Source: Octopus vulgaris (taxonomy: Eukaryota). From it: a stretch of DNA of 64,000 nucleotides. Location of the stretch: contig OX597827.1 in the NCBI GenBank assembly GCA_951406725.2, forward strand, positions 36,022,001-36,086,000, given 5' to 3'. Under the pieces are notes generated by a model, which saw only the letters and a list, made by a program, of their open reading frames with translations, was not told the DNA's origin and made no database searches. The number at the start of each line of letters is the position of its first letter. Within the stretch, counting starts at the first letter, position 1. A program made the position numbers and the translations under genes. Below, in pieces: positions 1 to 29,548 of this stretch.

Positions 1-349
1 AGTGTACGTAAGCATGTAAATTAGCTTGAGTAAGATGGATTTGCATTTCTGTGTGTGTGAGTTTATATGGGAGATAAAAGGAGAGAGGAGGAAAGAAAAA
101 ATGAAGAGAATACAGGAAGGAGCAAAGGAAAAAGAATGTTTTTTTTTTCTAAAGAAGTAAAGGGCCTTTAAGAAAGGAGAAAAAAAGCAAAGGTTCAAAT
201 ATATAATATATATCTATATCTATATATATATATATATATATATATATTACATAAAATGTTGAGGGAAAATGGAACAATGAAAATATAGATGAATGAAACA
301 ATATTGGTCCCAGTTTTAGGAAGGGCTGTGGTAAAGAGAGAAACAAAGG

Positions 350-575
350 TTTGGTCATTCTAGACTGAGAGAAACAAAGTACCAGTAAAGAAGGGTTGCT
401 TTATAAAATGGATGAAGAAAAGGTGGGGTTTCAGTAGATTGTCTTTTATAGAAACAAGGGGTCAATAGAGACTAGACTCTTTTAAAGAATGAAACACGGG
501 ATGTTGAAACTGGTCTTATATAAAAAAAAAAAGGGGATTAGTATAGACTGGTTTTAAATAGAGAGAAATAATGGG

Positions 576-597
<22 letters not shown>
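350..597 (-). repeat. Degenerate 38-bp tandem repeat derived from the centrin CDS end and proximal 3' UTR
   Basis: Cores at 576-593, 538-555, 500-517 and 462-479 are exactly 38 bp apart. Further cores lie at 431-445 and 355-370. Confidence 0.75.
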
Positions 598-17161
<16,564 letters not shown>

Positions 17162-17400
17162 ATTGTTAGGAGTTCTGTTGACTGTTGTTGTTCTTAGAGA
17201 TGACCTAATCTCGTTCACGTTGGTTTCTCTCGCTGATTCACGAGAGATGTTAAAATCTCCTTAGAGGTCATTCTATACGAGATTTTGATTGCATGTGGTG
17301 TGTCTCTCTCTTTTCTCCGTCTCTGTCCTCATCTCTTCTGTCGCTTTCTTATTTTTTCCCGTTCATTCATTCATTCATTCATTCATTCGTAGTTGGGTGA
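17162..17400 (-). promoter_or_regulatory. Probable centrin 5' UTR / core promoter
   Basis: Immediately upstream of the ATG exon, within a CpG-retaining stretch (about 15.9-18.8 kb). The TSS is not determinable from sequence. Confidence 0.45.
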
Positions 17401-18026
17401 TATTTAACTACAGGACAGCCTTTGACGAGCCGACTTGTGGATCTGGATCGAAGGTTTCCAGCCGTAATCATCCCGATGCTTTCATCAAGACGACTGAAGT
17501 TGAATTTTCTCCGTTGTGACGGGGAGTTTTCCAATTTATTTTCACCACGGCTTTCGATATGATTGAAAAGCTTTTTATGACAAATAAAATTTTTGAAAAT
17601 TTATAATTTTTTTCACACATCTCTTTCCCTAAAACCCCCTCTGGAATGGTTTTGACCGATTTTCTTTAGCTTTACGCACTTAGAAACGACTGGAGAAATC
17701 TTTTCGGTTAAAAAAAAAATTGAAAATATTTTCTGACGAAAAAGTCTGTGATTTAAGGAACATTTAGCTGTTGTTTGTACTACATCCCACGACCACCGGG
17801 TAATTTCGTCGTCGTTTTTTTGTCACTCTGACGTGTATTGATGTTCTTCAATATTTTTCTCCTCATAAACATATTTTATGGAATGATGAGGCAAAAGTAA
17901 CACTAGTTCTGTTTAGCCCAAGGGTGGTCCATCGCTGGGATTTAAGCACCCAACGAGTCCGTTTGTGTGTTTGCGTGTATGTAAGGAAAAACATTTACTA
18001 ACAGAAATGTATGCTATTAAAATAAA

Positions 18027-18445
18027 GGCGATCTTTCGTCTCTAGTAGACCTTTCCGTCGATTTCCGTTAAAAAATTTTTTTTTTTTATATATGGGCTTG
18101 CGGGAACTTTTGAAGTAATATTCATACATATACACATACACCGAGTAAAAAATTTCAGTTATCTCTTTCTTTCACACATTACTCTCTCTGTCTCTTCACA
18201 CACACTAACAGAAGCACTTCACTTACACAACATACTGTCTGTCTCCCACACCCCATCAAACACACACATGTACATCAATGCTTCCCATGCACGGTAACTT
18301 CAAAAGAACTTCCCTCGTCATACAATCGCTTTCTCTTAGTCTCTTTCGCTCTCATTACTTCAAAAGTTCCCGCAAGCCCATATGTAGAAAAAAAAAAATT
18401 TTTACGGAAATCGACGGAAAGGTCTACTAGAGACGAAAGATTGCC
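18027..18445. mobile_element. MITE with ~90-bp TIRs and an 8-bp TSD (Merlin-like, GG termini)
   Basis: ggcgatctttcgtctctagtagacc... / ...ggtctactagagacgaaagattgcc; TSD AAAATAAA. Confidence 0.85.
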
Positions 18446-18849
18446 AAAATAAATTATCTTTTACATACCTTTTTTAAATCCCTGGATAAATCCCAGCAGT
18501 GACCTTCTTAGGCTTTCCAATATTTGAAAATTATAAACGCGGTGGTGGTGAGGGGAGAATTAAATTCTCAACATTTAAAAAAAATAGAATCCTTTTCTGT
18601 TAGTAATTATAATTTTTCTTTGGTGCCGGCGGTGAGTGGGAGGAAAGTATCAGGAGGTCGTGGCATGTGCTAGAAACAACAGCTAAATCTCCCTTAAATT
18701 AATCATTGGAAAACATTTTCGAAAACTTTTTCTATTATAAAAAGGCCTCTCCAATCGTTTTTAAATGTATACGTCCAAACAAAATTGGCCAAAATCAGCG
18801 GGATGGTGAGAGTGGAGGGGGAATTCTGTAGTTTGTGATATTTTTTGTT

Positions 18850-19050
18850 GTGCCCCTGCAATCCTGTTCTATTCTGGTGAGGCTTTGAGTATGTTCTTGA
18901 TACACTTTTTCTGTCCACGTTGTGCGTATTTGCCTTCCGCCGGTTCACTCCAAAGCAGTCAGGCATTGAAACAAAGTGGTCTGCCCATCTGACGTGTGCT
19001 GCCCTGCAATGTGTAAACTCTTGACAGATCAGCTTGAGAGACGACCTCCA
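18850..19050 (-). mobile_element. Old RTE-like LINE remnant
   Basis: VRWADHFVSMPD and GKYAQRGQKKCIKNILKA-like remnants of the RT C-terminus. Confidence 0.45.
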
Positions 19051-19839
19051 GACATTAGAGTATCTAGGACTGCATTAACCAATGTATACTTCTCTCTTAA
19101 AATCACAAAATATGATTTGAGGGGGATTTAGTTGCTTTTTTGTGTAGATGGTTATAAATTTACCATCAAGAAAGACTTGCACAAAGATACATCACCTAAA
19201 ACACCTGAAAAAGAGGCGTCACCTGAAGAGCTTTAACTCTTCTTTGCTGTATAGTCATTACCTTCATTATTTTCATCATCATCAGTTTAAATCAATATCA
19301 TTCATTATTGATGAGTAACAGTGCATTTTACCTAAAGTTTTATTAAATTATTACATCATCATCATCATTTAGCGTCCGCTTTCCATGCTAGCATGGGTTG
19401 GACGGTTCAACTGGGTTTGGGAAGCCAGAAGGCTGCACCAGGCCCAGTCTGATCTGGCAATGTTTCTACGGCTGGATGCCCTTCCTAACGCCAACCACTC
19501 CGTGAATATAGTGGGTGCTTTTTACGGGCCACCGGCACAGCTGGCAAACGGCCACGGTCGGATGGTGCTTTTTACGTGCCACCGGCATGGGGGCCAGGCA
19601 AGGCTGGCAAACGGCCACGATTGGATGGTGCTTTTTACGTGCCACCGGCACGGATACCCGTCGCGGCGGCGCTGGCAACAGCCACATTCAAATGGATCGC
19701 TTACGTGCCACCAGCACTGGTATCACAGCTACAATTTCCATTGATATTGATCGATTTCGATTTTGATTCTGATTCTCAGTTGCCTCAACAGATCTTCACA
19801 AGTAGAGTTTTGTGTCCCAAATATATAATATTTTGTGAA

Positions 19840-20157
19840 GGCGCATGGCTCAGTGGCTAGAGCGTTGAGGTTGTGAGTTTGAATCCCAGTTTGGGCTGCA
19901 TGTTGTGTTCTTCAGCAAGACACTTTATTTCATGTTGCTCCAGTTCACTCAGCTGTAGAAATGAGTTGCGATGTCACAGGTGCCAAGCTGTATTGGCCTT
20001 TGCCTTTCCCTTGGATAACACTGGTGGCGTGGAGAGGGCAGGCTGGTATGCATGGGCGACTGCTGGTCTTCCGTAAACAATCTTGCCCGGACTTGTGCCT
20101 GGGAGGGTAACTTTCTAGGTGCAATCCCATGGTCAGTCATGACCGAAGGGGGTCTCA
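19840..20157 (+). mobile_element. tRNA-derived SINE (family C; another copy ~46590-46897)
   Basis: ggcgcatggctcagtgg A box, gagtttgaatccc B box, and a body shared with the 46.6 kb copy. Confidence 0.75.
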
Positions 20158-21240
20158 GCATATATAATATTTTACATTATATTTTGACATTTATAGGCAT
20201 TTTTATGTCCCACATCCAATATTCGCAGTTTTTTTACTATTCACGGGTGCTCTAGGAACATAACCCCTGTAAATACCGGGGAACTACTGTATATATAAGT
20301 TCATTGTGGTTTGCTTGAAGCATTGTAGTACTGAAGTAGAAAATGAAAGAGAAGGGGTATAAAGAGAACTAACAATGCTGAAAGTTTTACAGAGAACATT
20401 TATATTTTGTGCACTAAGGCCTGTCTTTTATTAAAATAAAGAAATCAATGTAAAAATATACATTTCTTGATTGCTTACTTCTGAAGAAAGGTGTTTGCAA
20501 CCGAAATATAAAAGTTTTTCTTAAAACTTTCTGCATTGTTAGAAGCTTTCTTTCTTTGTTTCCCAGGCATAGCTGTGTGGTAAGAAGCTTGCTTCCCAAC
20601 CACATGGTTCTGTGTTCAGTCCCACTGTGTGGCACCTTGGGTTGACCAAAGCCTTCTGAGTGGATTTGGTAAACAGAAACTGAAAGAAGCTTGTTGTATA
20701 TATGTTTATGTATATATTTATGTGTGAGTCTTTGTGTCTGTGTTTGTCTCCCCATTACCACTTAACAACTGATGTTGGTTTGTTTACATCCCCATAACTT
20801 AGTTGTTCGGCAAATGAGACTGATAGAATAAGTACCAGGCTTTAAAAAAATGTAATAAGTCCTGGGGTTGATTTGTTTGACTAAAAGGTGGTGCTCCAGC
20901 ATGGCCAGAGTCACATGACTGAAACATGTAAGAGAGTAAAAGGATAAAAGAATATCTCTCTCTCTATATACATATATATATATATATAACACATATAAGA
21001 GGAATGACCATTAGGTGGACTCCTAATATGCTAAATGTAAACCCCATATGGTCTGACCACTAAGAAAAATTGTTCTCGAGAAAATATATAGATAGAGAGA
21101 TGAGAGCATTTAAAAAACTTACCTTCCATGTGTGTTGAATAATTGATGTTTAAATAAAATGTCCACAATTTGCCTTCATACGAAATAACTGTAAGAGTGG
21201 GTGAGATGAATAAGGTTTATTTTAAAATTACAATGGTTAA

Positions 21241-21320
21241 TATTGAACTAGTTTCATGTTTAATACACAAATTAGATAAATTAATTTAAATTTGTTATAT
21301 ATTACAATCTTCAGCAGTAT
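21241..21320 (-). ncRNA. Hammerhead-like motif with a long AT-rich stem II, in a probable Penelope pLTR (~20995-21505)
   Basis: atactg CTGAAGA [~50 nt hairpin] GAAA CTAG TT caata. Confidence 0.5.
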
Positions 21321-21703
21321 ATGCCCATATTTATGAAAACAATATGTATAACTTTAAAATATATTTACCATTATTCATCCACAGTAATTTGTAATTCAAG
21401 GTACTTGAATATTTCCCAAAATAATAAGCGAGAAAGAAAAAGTCATGCTTTTTCATTCACTATTCAACATGTTTCTAACTTGCCGGAGCCAAAGGTGGCA
21501 AATTATGTATATATATATATAAATTAAATTAGAGATAAAACTACTATTAAGCAAATCAAACATTGAAAAACATAAACCAATAGAAATAAAAATAATTAAT
21601 ATAATACATAAAATATAAAATTTAAAATTTAAATTTAAAGTAAAAATTTAAAATTTATATTTATAAATTTATTTATATATATATATATATATACGTTTAA
21701 ATA

Positions 21704-22920
21704 TTTGATAGCCATAAATACCAGAGTGTCATGTTCATTGACACCACCCCTGGAGGTGAACTAGCGTACCGCTTTAGAAGGACCCTAGATAAACTTAAAC
21801 TAAGAATTAAGGTTGTTGAAAAGCCAGGCAACCCTATCAGATCTATAATTGGTAGAAGCTATCCTTTTAGTAGAACTCTCTGTACGGATAACTATTGCAC
21901 TGTATGTAGATTTAGCCCACAAACGAACTGTAAAGCCAGAAATGTGGTCTATAGTATAAGATGTATAGAGGGACGATGCAGTAACAAGACAGTAACATAC
22001 GTAGGGGAAACTGCAAGAAGCATTGGTGAGCGGGTGAATGAACATTGGAGACAACTCAAGGAAGGTAAAAGCTCATCGATTCTGTACCAACACGCCGAAC
22101 AAGAACACGGGGGATCAATCAATAACATAGAGATTAAGATATTGTCCACACATAGAACAGATGCAACAATTAGACAAATTACAGAAGCTACACATATAAT
22201 AGAAAATAAACCTAGCCTGAATAGAAAACTAGAATGGAGCAATAGCGCACACCACAACATATGACAATAGTGGATCCTGCAAACATAATAAATACACAGG
22301 TAATTAAAGAAATAGAAATGAATATCTATATATATGTATATGTATATGTGTATATATGTGTGTGTATATGTATATATATATATATGTATATGTATGTGTA
22401 TGTATATATGTATATGTATATTCCTTTTTTTTTTTTTTTTTTTTTTTCCATTAGATTTATTATTATTATTACTAATATTGTTGTTATACATACATACAAG
22501 CATATGTAATGATAATAATGGGTGGATGTAAACACATGAACAAAATTAGAACAAAAGCAACAACAACAAAAACAAAATACAAATTACAAGAATGTATATA
22601 ACCAGAAGATACAAATATTACAGGCATCCCCCACACACACACACTAAATAAACATAGACGCACATAGAGATATAAACATGCGCAAATGAAGACATACAAT
22701 AGAAATATAAAATGGCTGACGGTTAGTAAGGAGAGACACAAGTAAGTGAGAAGAAAACAAAGGACCACTGATGCGGTCACAGGAGTGTGACGAAAGAACT
22801 TTGGCCGAAATAAGATTAAGTTTAATGTAAAAAATAAATATCACTGAAGCAAAATAACACCAAATATATAGTGCGTGTGTTTTTATTGGCTAAACTGGCA
22901 ATATGACCATTCCGAAATAT

Positions 22921-22925
<5 letters not shown>
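21704..22925 (+). mobile_element. 5'-truncated Penelope-like retroelement with an intact GIY-YIG endonuclease ORF (21731-22264)
   Basis: C..C.VC...NCKARNVVYSIRC...YVGETARSIGERVNEH...EATHIIENKPSLNRKLE. Flanked by (TA)n. Degenerate hammerhead at ~22762-22806. Confidence 0.88.
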
Positions 22926-22999
<74 letters not shown>

Positions 23000-25237
23000 T
23001 TTATGTCAGGTCACTCTTGAGCACTACTGGTAATGTGTAATCCAGTACAACCTGTTGCATGATTGAGTTGTTGGCAACTAAACTGACAACTCCACTGAGC
23101 TTGCATAATAAGGAAGGTGATTGTTGGCCAGCCTACTGGATGAAAACAAAAAATTCACCAAAGGGCAAAGGAACTCATGAGTAGTCAGTGGTCATCCAAC
23201 AACATGTTCATATGTACATATTGTGTATATGTTTTTACTTTATTTATATTTAAAATCTTTATATATTAAAAAAAATATTTAAAAAATAATCACCCTAGAG
23301 GAGTAAACTCCAATGATGAAAAATTCCTAAGCCAGGGTCACAGTGAAGCTATGACAAGCAGTATGATGGACATATTTGTTTCAGCAGAGGAACTGCTATC
23401 TGCCAATGATGAAATACACAAAGACAGTGGGCGGAAGAACTTACAAAGTCAATGGCCAGGGTCACCCTGTTCAGTTAGGCAACTAGAGGCATAACCTCTA
23501 TAGGTGGAATGTTCAGCTAATGAAAGATAAGCATGATCTTTTATCATATTGGATGCTGAAACTGCATTGCTTGTCGTCACACAGTTCAATAAGGGGTGCA
23601 TCCTGTATAGGCTGTACTGGAGTGAGGAAGGCTGCTCCAGATGGCATTCACTCTAGCTATGCCACTATACCTCTGCAAGAGGGAGGTAAAGCTTGGAATG
23701 CTGGTTTACTGAAGCACAAACACAATTGATACAATTCAACTAAAGCTAACATCAATTCATGAAAAGTAACTCTTCTTTTCCTCCGAGGAAACTATAATTT
23801 TCCACTATATTTTGTTCCGGGTCCATAAATATCTTCAGAATAAAAGTAACATGCACTTCTGAAACATTCTAACCAGTTATATATATGCCATAATCAGTAA
23901 TGTACAGCGTGACAATATAAAAAAATGTAAATGAAGGTGGCAAGCGGGCAGAATCATTAGCATGTCAGGCAAAATGCTTTACGGCATTTTGTTTGTCTTT
24001 ACATTCTGAGTTCAAATGCTGCCAAAGTCAACTTTATTCTTTTATCCTTTTGGGGTCAATAAAATAAGTACCAATTGAGTACTGAGGTCAATGTAATTGA
24101 TTTATCCCCTCCCCAAACATGCTGGCCTGTGCCAAAATTTGAAATCAATATTAAAATGTAAATGTTTTTGATTTCAGTTCCCTTGCATAGCACCTTGGGA
24201 AAGAATCTTCTACTATGATCCTGAGCCAACAAAGCCTTGTTAGTGGAATTTTGATAGGGGAAAACTGAAAGAAGTCCATTATATGTGTGTGTGTTTATAT
24301 GTATATATATTTATGATAGGTGCAGGTGTAGCTATGAGGTAAGAAGTTAGCTTCCCAACCACATGGCTCTAGTTTCAGTTTCACTGTATGGCACCCTGGG
24401 CAAGTGTCTTTTATAGCCCCTGGTTGACCAAAGCCTTGTGAGTGGATTTGGCAGACAGAAGCTGAAAGAAGCCTGTTGTATGTATATATGCATATAATAT
24501 ATATATATGTGTGTGTGTGTGTTTGTCCCCTATCACTGCTTGACAACTGGTGTTGGTGTGTTTATATCCTTGTAATTTAGTGGCTCAACAAAAGAGACCA
24601 ATAGTATAAGTACTAGGCATAAAAAAGATAAACCCTGGGGTCAACTTGTTCGATTAAAACCCTTCAAAGTGGTGCTCTAGCATGACCACTGTCAAAATGA
24701 CTGAAACAAGTAAAAAGAATATATATACATAAATTTATATATATATTGATGTAGATATGTGTGCATGTATATGTATACATATATGTGTGTGCACTGTTTG
24801 TGTCATCTTGTCTTAACATTACATGATAGTTGTGTAACTATCATACAAGCAAGGTCATTCACTTCCAATATTCTGCAAGGACATGCCTGGCCATGCAGAA
24901 ATATTACCTCCCTTGGAAACAGTTGAGGTTTGGTGACAGGAAAAGCATCCGGCTGTAGAAAGTCTACCTCCATAAACTCCGTCTGACTTGTGCAAGCATG
25001 GAGAAGACAGCAACGATGACGACATACCTTTGTTTAATTTTTCTGTCGATTGGGTGGATAGCAAAGTTGGGTTTGTTTTCATTTTTATTGTCATCTGTTT
25101 TTGCATTGGTCAATATATGCATACTTATACACACCCATACTTATACTTTTACTTGTGAATTCATACACATATATACATTCACACTTGCACACATGCCCAG
25201 GCATGTATGTATACATCTATATATACCTGTCAATCTA

Positions 25238-25280
<43 letters not shown>

Positions 25281-25779
25281 GGCACACTTCAACACATACA
25301 CATATACATACATATATAGACATACATACTTATATACATACGTAGACGCACACATACATTACAAGTTAGTCATATTATATTGTATTACATTACACTTCAC
25401 TGCACTATATGCTTTGAGTATATAGTTTTAACAATAATAAGATTAATATATCATTATTATCATTGTATTCTTGTTATTTATGTTTGTGGTGGTGGGATGT
25501 TATTGTTACTGATTCATTCTTTTGAGGAAATGGGTGGGTTCTGTTTCTAGCACATGCACTGTCTTGGTAACCTGTCTAAACATCAAACTGTGTGGGTGTG
25601 CAGAGAAGATTTTTTTTTATTTCAACAATGTTTATCAATCCATTGTGATTATCTACTGGTGTATTTAACAGAACATAAATGTTCATCTTTTTTAATTATA
25701 GACAAATACAGTTAGATGGAATAACATACAACATGAATTCTTGATTAATCAAAATTAGGAAATTGATTTTCTCAAATGC

Positions 25780-27515
25780 CCCAGAGGTTTATTAGATGTA
25801 GTGGAAAATTTCTGCTACCTAGGGGACCAAATTAGTAGTTGGGGAAGATGTACAAAGAGTATAATAGCTAGAATACGAGGTTTGATCAATAAGTATCCGG
25901 ACTGTTGCCATAGTAACAAAGCTAAAGCATGCAGAATGAAGCTGCTTGGCAAAGATTGATCATGATCTCTGCTGTGCATGCACACTAGCTCACTTCTACT
26001 GTTTATAGCAGTGCTTGGAAGGAAGGTGTGTAGCGTGTGATAGTTGCTTTCACCATGACAGAGAAAGTCATCATGGCAATTCCTGTTCAGAGTTCTACAC
26101 AAAGTTGCAGAAAGTATATGGAGAGGAGTGTATGAGCTGCACACGAGTGTATGAGTGGCTCAGGCGTTTCCAAGATGGCCAAAAAAATGTCGATATTGAC
26201 GACATTCTGGGAGACCTACAACCAGCAGAACTGAGAAAAACATCACAGGTGTGCATGCAGCTATGAGGGGAAATTGTTGAATTACCATCCGTGAGTTATC
26301 AGAGGATGCACAGATTAGTTACCGTTCAGTTCAGTCCATTATCACTGAAGATTTGGGTATGAGATGCATGCCTACCAAGTCTGTGCCAAAACTGCCTTCA
26401 GCTAACCAAAAAGACACTCGGGTTTCAGTTGCATGAAATCTCTTTGATTGTATTGAGAAAGATGAAAACTTTTTGAAAACTTTGCGTATGCCTCTGAGCA
26501 GGTATCACCAAGCTTTTGGCAAAATTTGATGCAGATTCTCTGCTCAACTTTCTCTGTTATTGTCAATGCAACAATCACATGCTACACACCTTCCTTCTAA
26601 ACATTGCTGTAAATAGTGGATGTGAGCTAAAATGTTAAAACTTAGTGCACATGCACAACAGAGTTCAAGGTCAATCTGTGCCAAGCAGCTTCACTCTGCA
26701 TGCATTAGCTTCGTTACTATGGCAACAGTCTGGATACTTATTGATCATACTATGTAAGAATAGGATGGAGAAAATTCAGAGAGCTTTTATCTGTATTGGC
26801 AACCAAAGGTTTCTCTCTCTGAGTGAAAGGAAGATTGTATGATGCATGTACATGAACAGTAATTCTACATGGTAGTGAGGTGTGGGCCCTGAATGCAGAG
26901 GATATGTTAAGGCTAGAGAGGAATGAGGCTACTTTGCTCTGCTGGATGTGCAATATAAGCATACATGTTCAACAGAGTACCAGTGTATTGAGAAAGAAGT
27001 TAGGCATAAGAGGAACAAGATGCAGTGTACAAGAGAGAAGACTGCACTGGATTGGTCATGTGATTCAGATGGATAAAGAAAGCTCTATAAAGAGGTGGAA
27101 ATCTCTCAAAGTGGATGGAATGCATGGAAGGGGTAGACCCAGGGATGAGGTACTGAAGGATGACCTCAAGATGTTGAACTTTCAGACAAGATGACAAAGG
27201 ACTGAAATACCTGGTACCTTGCTGTACTCAAGAAGACCCATCCTCCATAGCAGAAATGTTAAGGCCACTCCCCCTGGTGAAGAAGACTGGCCTACAAGGG
27301 TCCTGTGCCAGTGCCATATAAAAAGCATGTATGTCAATGCCATGTAAAAAGCATCCAGCTTACACTATAAAGTGGTTGGCATTAGGAAGGGTATCTAGCC
27401 ATAGAAACCAAGCCAAATCAGACTGAAACCTAATGCAGCTTATCTGCTTACCAGCTCTGGTGAAGCCATCCAACCCATGCCAGCATGGAAAATGGAAATT
27501 AAAGGATGATGATGA
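25780..27515 (+). mobile_element. RTE-clade LINE fragment interrupted by a mariner derivative
   Basis: FCYLGD...IARI|RIGW...WALNAEDMLRLERNE...RRLHWIGHV...GRGRP; (GAT)n tail. Confidence 0.85.
25876..26754. mobile_element. Internally deleted mariner element with long TIRs
   Basis: TIRs cgaggtttgatcaataagtatccggactgttgccatagtaac / reverse; TA TSD; HTH remnant VYGEECMSCTRVYEWLRRFQDG. Removing it restores the LINE frame. Confidence 0.88.
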
Positions 27516-28104
27516 TATCTTTGCTTGTAAAGGATGTATCATAATTAGCAAATGGCAATTAAGAACAGCTCCACTTGAGAACAAGGGATAATCTCAAGAT
27601 CAGAGTGTTCTCCAAAGTTGACATGCCATTAAGGAAAAGGACAGGCATATCATTGCATGGAGATAAGAAGACAGTTATGTATGTGTGTTTCTATCTAAAT
27701 AGTCATCATGAGCATAATTGTCCAATCTTATTTCCAATAGCCAAAAGACTTATATGAAAATGAATAGAACACAGTTATGGCCTAGGTAATTTGCATAATT
27801 TAAACAAATTGAGCTAAGAGAAATTCAGAGTAACCAGTGGCATGTATTTGAATAACAGATAAATATAAGTCTATCAAATACCATACAACATGAATTCTTG
27901 ATTTAATAAAATCATTTCCATGCTAGAAGATGTATCATAATTACTAAATAATTTCAAGATTCATGCATTCTCCAAAGTTCACAGGTTTATTGTCTGGACA
28001 ATTGAGGATGTGTATTTCCATCTCAATTGTTTTGTTATCATCAGCACAACAATTGTCCAACCTTATTTCTAATAGCCAAAAAACTTATACAAAAACGAAC
28101 AAAC

Positions 28105-28770
28105 CCTGAATGTAAAGGATGTGCAAAGGTTAGAGAGGAATGACACTTGTATGCTCCACAGGATGTGTAATGTAAGTGTATGTTCGATAGAGTGCTAGTG
28201 TGTTGAGAGAGCAGTTAGGTATAAGAGGAATAAAATGCAGTGTGCAAGAGAGAAGACTGTGCTAGTTTGGTCATGTGATGCAGATGAATGCCAACAGCTC
28301 CATAAAGACATGTTGGTCCCTCAAAGTAGATGGAACACATGGAAGTGAGGAAACCCAGGAAGACATGGGATGAAGTACTCAAGGACAACCTCAGGACACT
28401 AAACCTTTCAAATGAGATGACAAAGGACCGAGATATCTAGCATCTTGCTGTACTCAAGAAGACCCGTACTCCACAGCAGAAATGTAAAGGCCAATTCCCC
28501 TGGTGAAGAGGATTGGCCTGCATGAATCCTGTGCCAGTGCCTCGTAAAAAGCACTTGTGCCAGTGTCATGTAAAAGCGCTTGTGTAGTGCCATGAAAAAA
28601 ACACCCAGCATACTTTGTAAAGTGATTGGTATTAGGAAGGGTATCCATTCATAGAAACCATGCCAAATCAGACAGGATCCTGGTGCAGGTCTCCTGCTTA
28701 CCAGCTCTGGTCAAACTGTTCAACCCATGCCAGCATGGACAAAGGATGTTAAATGATAATAATGATGATG
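28105..28770 (+). mobile_element. RTE LINE 3' fragment
   Basis: Parallels 26888-27515, including the 3' UTR and (GAT)n tail. Confidence 0.8.
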
Positions 28771-28784
28771 AATATATATATATA

Positions 28785-29525
28785 TTGTCAAGTAGTATAT
28801 ACCTGGTTATACTACTCATCAGGCATCTTTAATGTTTTAGCCAGCTTGGTGTGAAAAATATATAAAATAAAAAAAACATTTTCTGAGAAGGTAAGAAGAA
28901 TTTTCCCCATCCCACCCCAATCCCTGTACAATTCCAGCTGTGACCAAAGGGGGTAAACTTTGCCCTCATGCAATTTTCTGTTCACCAGTCCACAAATAGG
29001 AAGACCACATTTCTAAAACAAATTTTCTGTCATGAGGACAGCAGATAGAAATTTCACTTTTGAGTTCAAAAAAGCACTTGTATAGTGCAAATTTTTTAGG
29101 CTTATTGTCATCTTAGCTGAACAAAGTTTTCACCCTCTGCTCCTGTTGAGGTATGTCCTGGTTGTTCCAGCAGCTTCTAGTTAACTTTATATGTTATTCC
29201 TTTCTCTTTTAATTGCCATGTACAGCTGGCTAATGTAATGCTGTGCTTCTCTTGTATCCTAAAAGAGAACCTGTAGTTATTTACTCTGGCCTTAAAGGGG
29301 TGCCTTTGTTGTTGCAACATGTTAGTATATGCTGTTATTGTTACTATTGTTGCTCCTCTGCCTCTGCTTTGTAGGTAACAACCTCAGTATTGCTTCACCA
29401 TTCACTTGGCACTTAGTTCTAACTCTACATGAACATCCTGTGTTTGTGCAATACTTTGGGGCTTTCATAAATATCTCTTTGACACTAGGTGCACAACTGA
29501 ATGTGACCCTTAGATTATGTCTATT
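28785..29525 (-). mobile_element. Decayed Penelope GIY-YIG 3' region ending in a truncated hammerhead
   Basis: SFRIQEKHSITLASCTWQLKEKGITYKVN remnant; CTGATGA gtagtata-loop-tatactac at 28785-28827. Confidence 0.55.
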
Positions 29526-29548
29526 GAATATATATATATATATATATA

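Noticed and set aside
21123-21188. Exon-like segment (cttacag|...GAAG|gtaagt, minus strand, open in one frame)
   Set aside because: It lies just downstream of a hammerhead and AATAAA inside a probable Penelope pLTR. There is no recognisable protein and no convincing partner exons.
23765-23860. CTGAAGA...GAAA hammerhead-like spacing and a possible exon on the minus strand
   Set aside because: No credible stems I or III or cleavage triplet, and no good splice donor.
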